A DNA stretch of 64,000 nt from Squalus acanthias (Eukaryota), in the NCBI GenBank assembly GCA_030390025.1, contig CM059431.1, forward strand, positions 101,682,001-101,746,000. The letters run 5' to 3'. Position numbers and translations under genes: made by a program. Below, one piece after another: positions 49,776 through 60,964 of the stretch; within the stretch, counting starts at the first letter, position 1; each line of letters opens with the position of its first letter. The notes beneath the pieces are model-generated. The model did no database searches. It saw nothing but the letters and a program-made list of their open reading frames with translations, and was not told the origin of the DNA.

Positions 49776-51712
49776 GTGAGTAAAGAACGTGATATTTTGC
49801 ATCTGTCGTGTTTTGAATGTTGAATAGTTAAGTTTGTTCTTAAGTCTCAATTGTTGTAATTTTAGTCTTTCGAGTTTTTGGTTTCATTATCAATTATGTC
49901 TCCGTTCTTACTGCAATTTTTGTCCCTTTCTTCCCCGGAACCTTGTTTGGGATGTTAGGTGCCCTCTGGTAACTCGACCACTTTTGGCCATCGTCAGGTT
50001 GCCTTCTGGGCACTCCGAGTGTTGACAGACTGTTGCCCACAGCTAGCATCCCAAACGAGCCCAATCCTGTCCTTTAAATAAAAACAGGAGATGCTGGAAA
50101 CACTCAGCAAGTCAGGCAGCATCTGTGGGAGAGAAACAGAGAGTTAACGTTTCAGGTCGATGACCTTTCGTCAGAATGGGTCCTTGCCTGATGTCCAAGT
50201 GTGTACCAGAGCAAGGATCCCCGGACAGTGCCCAGGAGTTAGGTACCTTGGCCAATTCTCCTGGTCAATACCTGGGATGGCAGGAATGACATATGAGGAG
50301 AGATTGGGTCGATTGGGCTTATACTCGCTGGAGTATAGAAGAATGAGAGGGGATCTCATCGAAACATATAAAATTCTGACAGGTCTGGACAAACTAGATG
50401 CAGGAAGAATGTTCCCGATGGTCGGAGAGTCCAGAATCAGGGTTCATAATCTAAGGATAAGGGGTAAGCCATTTAGGACAGAAATGAGGAAGAATTTCTT
50501 CACCCAGAGAGTGGTGAACCTGTGGAATTCTCTGCCACAGAAGGTAGTTGAGGCCAAGTCATTAAATATATTCAAGAATGAGTTAGATATATTTCTTAAA
50601 GCTAAAGGGATCAAGGGATATGGGGAGAAGGCAGGTACAGGGTACTGAGTTTGGATGATCAGCCATGATTTCATCGAATGGCGGAGCAGGCTCGAGGGGC
50701 CGAATGGCCTACTCCTGCTCCTATCTTCTATGTTTCTATGTTTCCCCTTTCTCCCCCTGCCCAATCCATCAAACCTGAGCCCAATTATAGCCACTCAGCT
50801 ACCGATCCAATCCAAGGTCAGCTAATGCAACCACAGGAAAGATCAAATCCGCGACCTGGCTGTTGTAATGAGCTAAACCATCGGGTTATCATCGACTTTG
50901 TTTCCAAAAGCTACAGATTGGGCTGGCAAAATGTAAGAGTGGTTCAAAAGCAAACATCGAGGGAGATGATTTGGGTCTGAGCGCTTTGCAGTTTTGAGAA
51001 TATTTTTTGGCACTATGTTTTGAATTGAGTTGATGACGAACAATCTCTATCATCAGGAAAAGATGGAGAAGGTGAAGGAGCTTGATGTGTGCAACACGCA
51101 CAGATGCTTCATCATGTTTATTGCCCCATATGGCACAGTCTAATTAAAATCTGTCTTGGCAGGTTTAGCATGTATGGTGTCTTGTGTTATTTCAGCATAA
51201 TCTCATTAAGAATATGCAGATTTTATTGAACTGAATTGAGAGCAGGAAAGGTTCTTGGTGATGAATGCAAGTTCTGTCTTTCCTTCGATGACATCAATCA
51301 CTCAGCACACGGCGGTCAGCTTCCATTTTTCTTTTGCAATTTGCTAGAGCAAGTCGTAAGAACATAAGAAATGGCGGATTCCTGTTCCTATTTACTGGAA
51401 GTCTTTTAAGATAGAGATCACAACATAAGAAATAGGAGCAGGAGTCGGCCGTTTGGCCCTTCGAGCCTGCTCCGCCATTCAATAAGATCATGGCTGATCT
51501 TCTACCTCATCTCCACTTTCCTGCCCGATCTCCATATCCCTTGATTCCCTTAGTATCCAAAAATCTATCAATCTCAGTCTTGAATATACTCAACGACTGA
51601 GCCTCCACAGCCCTTTGTGGTAGAGAATTCCAAAGATTCACCACCCTCTGAGTGAAGAAATTTCTCCTCATCTCAGTCCTAACTGGCCGACCCCTTATTC
51701 TGAGACTCTGAC

Positions 51713-51857
51713 CAATGTTCCCTCTGATTTTTTTTTTTGGTTGCGCGGCCCATTCGTGTTTCCGCGTGTGCGCGGTTTTTCCATGTGAAACACTGGTGAG
51801 CCGGCTGCGTGGGACCGCCAGACCGCTGCGCGGCCATGCAGCTTAACGGGAAGATTG
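51713..51857. mobile_element. 145-bp hAT-type MITE inserted in a CR1 fragment
   Basis: TIR caatgttccc...gggaagattg; 8-bp TSD actctgac/actgtgac at 51705-51712 and 51858-51865, matching the CR1 consensus gagactgtgacccc. Confidence 0.8.
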
Positions 51858-52018
51858 ACTGTGACCCCCTGGTTCTAGACTCCCCAGCCAGGGGAAACAT
51901 CCTCCCTGCATCTACCCTGTCAAGCCCTGTAAGAATTCTATGTTTCAATGAGATCACCTCTCATTCTTCTAAACTCGAGAGACTATAGGCCAAGTCTACT
52001 CAATATAGGAGAGATCAA

Positions 52019-52912
52019 GGGGTAAAAATTCAGTTGGTTGCGCCTCCCGTTAGCGCCTTAAGAGGGCGCTAATGGGGCGCAAAGCCGCTAACGCCCGGGC
52101 GCAGCGATGTTTGCGCCGCTCGGGAACTTAACTAGAGATTGTGCGGCGGCGCTAAACTTTACCGCTGCGATCACCTGCGCGCGCAGATTGTGACATCATT
52201 CCATGGTGCAACGCCCTTGTGGCGCCCCGGAGCGGAAATTGAGTGGCGCCCCCTGCCTTACCGCCTGGCGCATCCAACGACCAGAAGACTGGAACGCTAT
52301 CAATCGCTGTGGGGCTGGGGGGGGCGCTATTTAAAGGGGGCCTCTTCCTGTCTTTTATTGTTGGTGGCATTTTTGAACTACGCATTCTGAGAGAGAGAGG
52401 GAGAGACTTCTGGAGAGATTCATCGTTGTGTGAAGGAGTTTTGGGTACTGAGCAGCACTTTGCAGGTTCATTTTGATTTGCCATTCCTTGTATCGATTTA
52501 GCAGAGACTGTGGGAGCTACACTCTGAGCTCTTTGCCTGGTACTCTCCATTGTTCTTTCCAGCACATTTGATGTGCAAGTCTCTCCAGGCCGAGATTCAA
52601 GGCTGCAATGAACAGGATGTGGATGGAAAGCAAGATTAACCATCCCCTTTAAGAACTGGCCCGTGCCATTGTGTGTGTGTTCCATTGCTGACTGACATTA
52701 CATGAGCTTCGCCAGCGCTCTGAGTTAGCGCCTCACTCCTTGGCCTTTGCGCCTTAAGACAGGTGTGCAGCGCCTGATTTAGCGCTCCACTCACCTCCCG
52801 GAGCGGTAAAAGTGAAGTTTCCAGTCAGTGCCGATAATTAGCGCCAGGTGCTAATATTTGCGTCCAGACGATATTTGCGCCCCAAATGGGGCGCGACCTA
52901 ATTTTTCCCCCC
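52019..52912. mobile_element. Probable Harbinger-like non-autonomous element
   Basis: Ends ggggtaaaaatt / aatttttcccccc; many gcgcc/ggcgc subterminal motifs. Confidence 0.55.
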
Positions 52913-53434
52913 ATGTAATTCCGATCACTGTACTTTGACATACTTTTATGAAATTGTTTTTGCGGCCGCGGGTTCATTTATTAAAAGTGAGATTAATGTC
53001 ATAGAAGGAAAGACTTTGCATTTATATGGCACCTTTCACATCCTCCAGACGTCCCAAAGTGTCTCACAACCAATGAAGTATTTTTAAAATGTAGTCATTG
53101 TGATGCAGGCCAACAAGGCAGCCAATTTGCGCACAGTAAGGCCCCACCAACAGCAGGTGAGATAAATTACCAGTTAATCTCTTTCGGTGGTCTTTGAAGG
53201 AACATTGTTGTCCAGGAACACTCTGCTCTTCTTTTGAGGGAGTGCCGTGGGATCTTGTACAGCCGCCTGGACAGTCAGATGGAGCCTGGGTTTCAGGTCT
53301 CATCCGACGGCCGGTATTTACAGCAGTGCGGCGCTTCCTCAGTACTGCGCTGCAGTCTCGGCCGAGGTTCTGTCCTGGAGTGCTGGAGTGGGGTTTGAAC
53401 CCACGACCTGACTCGGGAAGCAGAGAATACTACC

Positions 53435-53663
53435 TGACATGAATCTTGTCATTCATGTGGAAATGACTTATGAAATAATACTGGGCGGCCTGCTGGTGGC
53501 GCTGTCCAGGGAGAGTATAAATACTCGGGCATGGGCCCAGCTTGCTCAGGACATTCCTTAACAGGAACTAGTGAAGGACACAACTAGACCTCCATGTTGG
53601 AAAACAGTTGATGCAAGCTTTGTTTAACGCTCAGACCAAGTGCCTGGTAGTTTTCTTACGTCA
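53435..53663 (+). mobile_element. Solo-LTR-like element, 229 bp
   Basis: TGAC...GTCA ends; 5-bp TSD ctacc at 53430-53434 and 53664-53668; TATAAATA at 53516-53523. Confidence 0.8.
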
Positions 53664-54082
53664 CTACCGTGCTTAGACAACCTGACTCCAAGTCAAGTGC
53701 CTTATTTGAGCATGATTGCTCATATACATGCGTTGCACCCACTTCATTCTTGATTTTGGCCTGTTCCGATTGTGGGGAGGTTGTGTTTTCACAGGGTAAA
53801 ATTGGGTAGCTGATTGTAGGTGTCAAATTTTGTCTGATCATCGCTCCTAGTAAGCTCCTTGGGACGTCTTACTACGTTAAAGGCGCTGTATAAAATGTAA
53901 GATGTTGTAATTTAGTCGACAGACGAGTAGGTTGGGACTCTGCTGGTGCAGTAAATTTCATCCACTGACCTTTAAATAGTGAGAGAGATTATGTTGGAAC
54001 AATCCCTGTGTCGAGGACAGTGTGGTAATCCAGTCGAGCTGATTAGTACCTATGTTGTCTGAGACATTTTATTTTTGTTTAG

Positions 54083-54148
54083 GCGAGGAATATTGCAGTC
54101 TGCATCGAGTTCAGGGATTGTGATGAGGAAGATTCTCAGCCTCTGAAG
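54083..54148 (+). CDS. DOCK9: DOCK9 exon, DHR-1, ARNIAVCIEFRDCDEEDSQPLK
   Basis: gtttag/gttagt; 66 nt, phase 0. Confidence 0.95.
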
Positions 54149-55011
54149 GTTAGTATGGATTTTGATATCGAGGATTTTCCTTTTGTATAAAACAAAATAG
54201 CATATTCCTTCCTTTGAACCTGAAAGAAACTATTCTTTGAAAATTATTAACAAACTGCAATGTAGTGACGCTCAGAATTTTGGTTCACTATGTTGCATTA
54301 CATATTACACCACAGAAACAGGCCATTCGGCCCAACTGGTCCGTGCCGGTGTTTATGCTCCACACGAGCCTCCTCCCACCCCTCTTCATCTCACCCCATC
54401 AGCATATCCTTCTATTCATTTCCCCCTCTTGTGTTTATTTAGCTTCCCCTTAAATGCATCTATGCTATTCGCCTCAACCACTCCCTGTGGTAGCGAGTTC
54501 CACATTCTCACCACTCTCTGGGTAAAGAAGTTTCTCCTGAATTCCCTATTGGATTTATTAGTGACTATCTTATATTGATGGCCCCTAGTTCTGGTCTCCC
54601 CCACAAGTGGAAACATCTTCTCTGCATCTACCCTGTCAAACCCCTTCGCAGTCTTAAAGACCTCTAGCAGGTCACCCCTCGGCCTTCTTCTCTAGAGTAA
54701 AGAGCCCCAGCCTGTTCAGTCTTTCCTGATAGTTGTAACCTCTCAGTTCTGGTATCATCCTTATGAATCTTTTTTGCACCTTCTCCAGTGCCTCTATATC
54801 CTTTATGTAATATGGAGACCAGAACTGTGCGCAGTGCTCCCAAGTGTGGTCCAACCAAGGTTCGACACAAGTTTGCTAATTTTGCCAATTTTCTGATGAC
54901 TGTGTTTGAAGGTGCAGATATATAGATGACTCAGATTATGGATTTTTTTCTGGTTAAGGTACATGTATGTACTAACTGTATTGGTGTGATGTCTTCTTTT
55001 TCTTTTCATAG

Positions 55012-55104
55012 TGTATCTATGGGCGACCCGGGGGTCCTGTGTTTGCGAAATCTGCTTTTGCAATGGTGTTGCACCACCACCAAAACCCAGAGTTCTACGA
55101 TGAG
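55012..55104 (+). CDS. DOCK9: DOCK9 exon, DHR-1, [31 protein letters not shown]
   Basis: ttcatag/gtaaag; 93 nt; perfect TACTAAC branch-point motif at 54970-54976. Confidence 0.96.
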
Positions 55105-55250
55105 GTAAAGCAGAGGCATTACATCACGGCGCATCGGGGATTTATGCTCCCAGTGCTGCTTTGTAATTAACTTGTCGGATTGGCGCCCAGAGGGTTGCGC
55201 TGGTTTTTGGCCCTGGATTTTAGTACAAGCCTGCTCTGTTTGCGTTTCAG

Positions 55251-55374
55251 GTTAAAGTGGAGCTGCCCACCCAGCTCCACGAGAAGCACCACTTGTTGTT
55301 CACCTTCTACCACGTCAGCTGTGATAACTCCAGCAAAGGCACCACCAAGAAGAAGGAAACCATTGAATCCCAAG
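55251..55374 (+). CDS. DOCK9: DOCK9 exon, DHR-1, [41 protein letters not shown]
   Basis: tttcag/gtttta; 124 nt, phase 0 to 1. Confidence 0.95.
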
Positions 55375-55765
55375 GTTTTAGTGACATTCGCTTTTTAAAC
55401 AAAAAAGATTGGTGCAACGACCTTATGTAAAAAGAAAGAAAGACAGACTTGCATTTCTATAGCGCCTTTCACCACCTCAGGATGTCCCAAAGCGCTTTAC
55501 AGCCAATGAAGAACTTTTTGAAGTGTAGTCACTGTTGTAATTTTTTTTTTTTATTCGCTTCTGGGATGTGGGCGTCGCTGGCAAGACCAGCATTTACTGC
55601 CCATTCCTAATTGCCCTTGAGAAGTTGGTGATGAGCCGCCTTCTTGAACCGCTGCAGTCCGTGTGGTGGAGGTGCTCCCACAGTGCTGTTAGGGAGGGAG
55701 TTCCAGGATTTTGACCCAGCGACGATGAAGGAACGGCCGATATATTTCCAAGTCAGGATGGTGTG

Positions 55766-55993
55766 TGACGTAAGAAAACTACTAGGCACTTGGTCTAAGC
55801 GTTAAACAAAGCTTTAATCAACTGTTTTACAACATGGAGGTCTAGTTGTGTCCTTCACTAGTTCCTGTTAAGAATGTCCCGCGCAAGCTGGGCCCGTGCC
55901 CGAGTATTTATACTCTCCCTGGACAGCACCACCCGCAGGCCGCCCAGTATTATTTCATAAGTCATTTCCACATGAATGACAAGATTCATGTCA
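55766..55993 (-). mobile_element. Second copy of the solo-LTR-like element, inverted
   Basis: Reverse complement of 53435-53663; own 5-bp TSD gtgtg at 55761-55765 and 55994-55998; interrupts a LINE fragment. Confidence 0.8.
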
Positions 55994-57037
55994 GTGTGTG
56001 AGACTTGGAGGGGAACTTGGAGGTGGTGGTGTTCCCATGCGCCTGCTGCCCTTGTCCTTCTAGGTGGAAGAGGTCACGGGTTTGGGAGGTGTTGTCGAAG
56101 AAGCCTTGGCGAGTTGCTGCAGTGCATCTTGTAGATGGTACACACTGCAGCCACGGTACGCCGGTGGTGGAGGGAGTGAATGTTTAAGGTGGTGGATGGG
56201 GTGCCAATCAAGCGGGCTGCTGTGTCCTGGATGGGTTCGAGCTTCTTGACTGTTGTTTGAGCTGCACTCATCCAGGCAAGTGGAGAATATTCCATCACAC
56301 TCCTGGCTTGTGCCTTGCAGATGGTGGAAAGGCTTTGATTACTTCCTAGCCTCTGCCGGTCTGGAAATTGCTCGTTACGGTTGCATCATGCTATTGCGCC
56401 CAAGCCATGCATTAGCCTTGTGTACATTATTTCCAGATTATTGGTGATTAAAGTCCAATCACAAATTTCCAATCTTTCCAAACTTGATTGAATTTTTTGA
56501 GGAGGTAACAAGGAGGGTAGATGAGGGTAGTGCGTTTGATGTAGTGCATATGGACTTTAGCAAGGCTTTTGATAAGGTTCCACATGGCAGACTGGTCACG
56601 AAGTTAAAAGCCCATGGGATCCAGGGCAAAGTGTCAAGTTGGATTACTTGTGTCTTGCAGATGGTGGAAATATAGGTAACGCGGCGGGCAATTTGCGCAC
56701 AGCAAGCTCACACAGACAGCAATGTGTTAAATGACCGGATCATCCTTTTTTTATATAATAAAAACAGAATATGCTGGAAACACTCAGCAGGTCAGGCCTG
56801 AACCACTAACTCTGTTTCTCTCTGCACCGATGCTGCCTGACCTTCTGAGTGTTACTTTGCTTCTTTCTTTTAAAAAAAAAAGTGATGTTGGTTGAGGGAT
56901 AAATATTGGCCCAGGACACCGGGGAGAACTCCCCTGCTCTTCTTCGAAATAGTGCCGTGGGTGTGTTAGGTCCACCTGAGCGAGCAGACAGGGGGTCTCG
57001 GGTTTAACCTCTCATCTGGAAAAACAACACACAGGCA

Positions 57038-58795
57038 GAGTGCAGCACTCCCTCAGCACTACCCCTCCGACAGTGCAGCACTCCCTCAGCACTGCCCCTC
57101 CGACAGTGCAGCACTCCCTCAGCACTACCCCTCCGACAGTGCGGCGCTCCCTCAGCACTACCCCTCCGACAGTGCAGCACTCCCTCAGTACTGACCCTCC
57201 GACAGTGCAGCACTCCCTCAGTACTGACCCTCCGACAGTGCAGCACTCCCTCAGCACTACCCCTCCGACAGTGCAGCACTCCCTCAGTACTGACCCTCCG
57301 ACAGTGCAGCACTCCCTCAGTACTGACCCTCCGACAGTGCAGCACTCCCTCAGCACTACCCCTCCGACAGTGCAGCGCTCCCTCAGTACTGACCCTCCGA
57401 CAGTGCAGCACTCCCTCAGTACTGACCCTCCGACAGTGCAGCACTCCCTCAGCACTACCCCTCCGACAGTGCAGCACTCCCTCAGCACTGCCCCACCGAC
57501 AGTGCGGCGCTCCCTCAGTACTGCCCCTCCGGCAGTGCGGCGCTCCCTCAGTACTACCCCTCCGACAGTGCAGCGCTCCCTCAGTACTGCCCTCCGACAG
57601 TGCGGCGCTCCCTCAGTACCGCCCCTCCGACAGTGCGGTGCTCCCTCAGTACCGCCCCTCCGACAGTGCAGCACTCCCTCAGTACCGCCCCTCCGACAGT
57701 GCGGCGCTCCCTCAGCACTGCCCCTCTGACAGTGCGGCGCTCCCTCAGTACTGCCCCACCGTCAGTAAGGCGCTCCCTCAGTACTACCCCTCTGACAGTG
57801 CGGCGCTCCCTCAGCACTGCCCCTCTGACAGTGCGGCGCTCCCTCAGTACTGTCCCTCCGACAGTGCGGCACTCCCTCAGTACTGCCCCTCTGACAGTAA
57901 GGCGCTCCCTCAGTACTGCCCCTCCGACAGTGCAGCGCTACCTCAGTACCGCCCCTCCGACAGTGCGGCGCTCCCTCAGTACTGTCCCTCCGACAGTGCG
58001 GCACTCCCTCAGTACTGCCCCTCCGACAGTAAGGCGCTCCCTCAGTACTGCCCCTCCGACAGTGCGGCGCTCCCTCAGTACTGCCCCTCCGACAGTGCGG
58101 CCCTCCGACAGTGCGGCGCCCCCTCAGTACAGCCCCTCCAACAGTGCGGCGCTCCCTCAGCACTGCCCCTCCGACAGTGCGGCGCTCCCTCAGCACTGCC
58201 CCTCTGACAGTGCAGCGCTCCCTCAGTACTGTCCCTCTGACAGTGCGGCGCTCCCTCAGTACTGCCCCTCCGACAGTGCGGCGCTCCCTCAGTACTGCCC
58301 CTCCGACAGTGCAGCGCTCCCTCAGTACAGCCCCTCCGACAGTGCAGCGCTCCCTCAGTACTGCCCCTCCGACAGTGCAGGCGCTCCCTCAGTACTGCCC
58401 CTCCGACAGTGCGGCGCTCCCTCAGTACTGCCCCTCCGACAGTGCAGCGCTCCCTCAGTACTGCCCCTCCGACAGTGCAGCGCTCCCTCCGTACTGCCCC
58501 TCCGACAGTGCGGCGCTCCCTCAGTACTGCCCCTCCGACAGTGCAGCGCTCCCTCAGTACAGCCCTCTGACAGTGCGGTGCTCCCTCAGTACTGCCCCTC
58601 CGACAGTGCAGCGCTCCCTCAGTACTGCCCCTCCGACAGTGCAGCTCTCCCTCAGCTACTGCCCCTCGACAGTGCAGCGCTCCCTCAGTACTGCCCCTCC
58701 GACAGTGCGGCGCTCCCTCAGTACTGCCCCTCTGACAGTGCGGCGCTCCCTCAGTACTGCCCCTCTGACAGTGCAGCACTCCCTCAGTACTGCCC
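57038..58795 (-). repeat. 33-bp SINE-derived minisatellite, about 53 units, between two outward-facing Deu-SINE 3' halves
   Basis: Directly visible; SINE 3' half on - at about 56675-57030 and on + at about 58803-59160. Confidence 0.93.
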
Positions 58796-59569
58796 GTCGG
58801 AGGGGCAGTACTGAGGGAGCGCTGCACTGTCGGAGGTGCTGTCTTTCGGATGAGACTTTAAACCGAGGCCCCGTCTGCTCTCTCAGGTGGACGTAAAAGA
58901 TCCCATGGCCACTATTTCGAAGAAGAGCAGAGGGAGTGCTCCCCGGTGTCCTGAGGCCAATATTTATCCTCAACCAATATCACTAAACGCAGATTATCTG
59001 GTCATTATCACATTGCTGTTTGTGGGAGCTTGCTGTGCGCAAATTGGCTGCCACGTTTCCTACATTACAACAGTGACTACACTTCAAAAGCACTTTATTG
59101 GCTGTAAAGCACTTTGGACGACCAGTGGTTATTAAAGGCGCTATATAAATGCAAATCTCTCTTTTTTAACACACAGTTGATGGATTTAATGTTTCTCTGT
59201 TGAAGACTTTTCCATGTTTCAGTATTTACTTCAGTTTCTATAATAACTTTAACTTCTAAACCTTAATGCAGCTACTTTATATGCAGGAGCCTATTTATTT
59301 AGAAAGGAATCGCGTTCACTGTCTTTATTTCCAGATGTGTCTTTTTTTTTAACCCCCCCCCCCCCCCTAAAACATTATCCACTCTCATTTTCAGTTTATA
59401 AAAAGGATTGCACTCCACTGGAAATGCGACTGAATTCAGCGCTGTGGGGGGCTTTCTGTTAAGACGTTTTGTCATCGATGTAAAGTTCGTGTCTGCAAAT
59501 GGTGACTTGCCAAAAGTTAATGTAATCTCTGAGCAAATCGTTTAAACCGCCTTGTTTCTGCCCCTGTAG

Positions 59570-59691
59570 TTGGCTATGCCTGGCTTCCATTGCTGAAAGA
59601 TGGTCGGGTTGTGACCAATGAGAATCAGATCTCCGTCTCGGCTAATCTCCCCTTCGGCTATCTCAGTTACCAGGAGCTAGGAATGGGGAAG
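59570..59691 (+). CDS. DOCK9: DOCK9 exon, DHR-1, (V)[40 protein letters not shown]
   Basis: ctgtag/gtaaga; 122 nt, phase 1 to 0. Confidence 0.95.
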
Positions 59692-60964
59692 GTAAGATCT
59701 TTGCTTCCCCCCCTTGGCCATTATTTGAATGATTAATGAGCTTGTACGATTTCGCAGTTGGCCTGTTCTACTGCATTCCTGCGTGTTTGCAGTAGCTCTC
59801 GCACCACCGTGCCAATTCATGGCCGTGCTTAATGTCATTTGCATCTGTTCATGTCTTCCTCTTTTAATACATTGTAGAAAATACCTTTTCCTTTTGTATT
59901 GCTCCCTAAGGGTTAACGGGAATGTAGTGCACTTTACAGGAATTCAGGGGGAACTTCTTTACTCAGAGAGTGATGAGAATGTGGAACTCGCTACCACAGG
60001 GAGTGGTTGAGACGAATAGTATAGGAGCATTTAAGGGGAAGCTAGATAAACACGTGAGGGGAGAAAGGAATAGAAGGTTATGCTGATAGGGTGAGATGAA
60101 GAGGAGCGGGAGGAGGCTCATGTGGAGCATAAACACCGGCACAGACCTATTGGGCCGAATGGCCTGTTTCTGTGCTGTACATTCTGTGTAACCACACAGT
60201 GTGGGACTGGAGTCACGTAGGCTAGACAGTTAGGCGAGGCAGGTGGACAGGTACCCTCCTCAGAGGATGAACGAAACAGTTGGGTGTTTACTGACAATCC
60301 AGCAGCTTTCATGGTCATTTATTCTGGTGCCAGATCCCAAATTGCCAGATTTATTGAAATTAATTTCACCACTTGCTTTTTGAACTCCGGACCTCTTGGT
60401 AGTGAGCCCAGAACCAGAACACCATCTGCACTCAAATTCCTCACTTTTAGTTTTGAACTTTTTAGTCTTCAGTCGATCACTGAGGAAATAACAAGTTGTC
60501 TGATTTTTCATTTTCACTCTACTGTGCAACAAAACACTAAAACAAACTGCGAGACAGAGGAAGAATGGTTTTGTCTAGGAGTGTGTGTCTGGAGTTGAGA
60601 GCCTGTGATTGTTTTGGTATTTGAAGATATTGTTGTGACTGTTGCTGAGCTACATGGTGCCCTAACACCTCAGACCATAAGAAATAGGAGCAGGAGTCGG
60701 CCATTCGCCCCTCGAGCCTGCTCCGCCATTCAATAAGATCATGACTCATCTTTGAACTAAACTCCACTTTCCGGCCTGATCCCAATATCCCTCAATTTCC
60801 CCCGAGTCCAAACATCTATCGATCTCAGTCTTGAATATACTCAGAAAGCACGTTGGCTTTGGGGCGTGATTGGGTGGTTCAATTGGCCGCTGCACAGCTG
60901 TGACAAGGTGCCAAGTGGAGGCTACACACCACCTCATGGGTGTGGGGGGAAATCACCAGGGTCG

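Noticed and set aside
53488..53503. CTCF-like motif (cctgctggtggcgc) in the solo-LTR-like element
   Set aside because: Two mismatches to consensus and further degraded in the second copy; not supportable without ChIP data.
57038..58795. CRISPR-like array of partly palindromic ~33-bp repeats
   Set aside because: Units are directly tandem with no unique spacers; no cas genes; eukaryotic intron.
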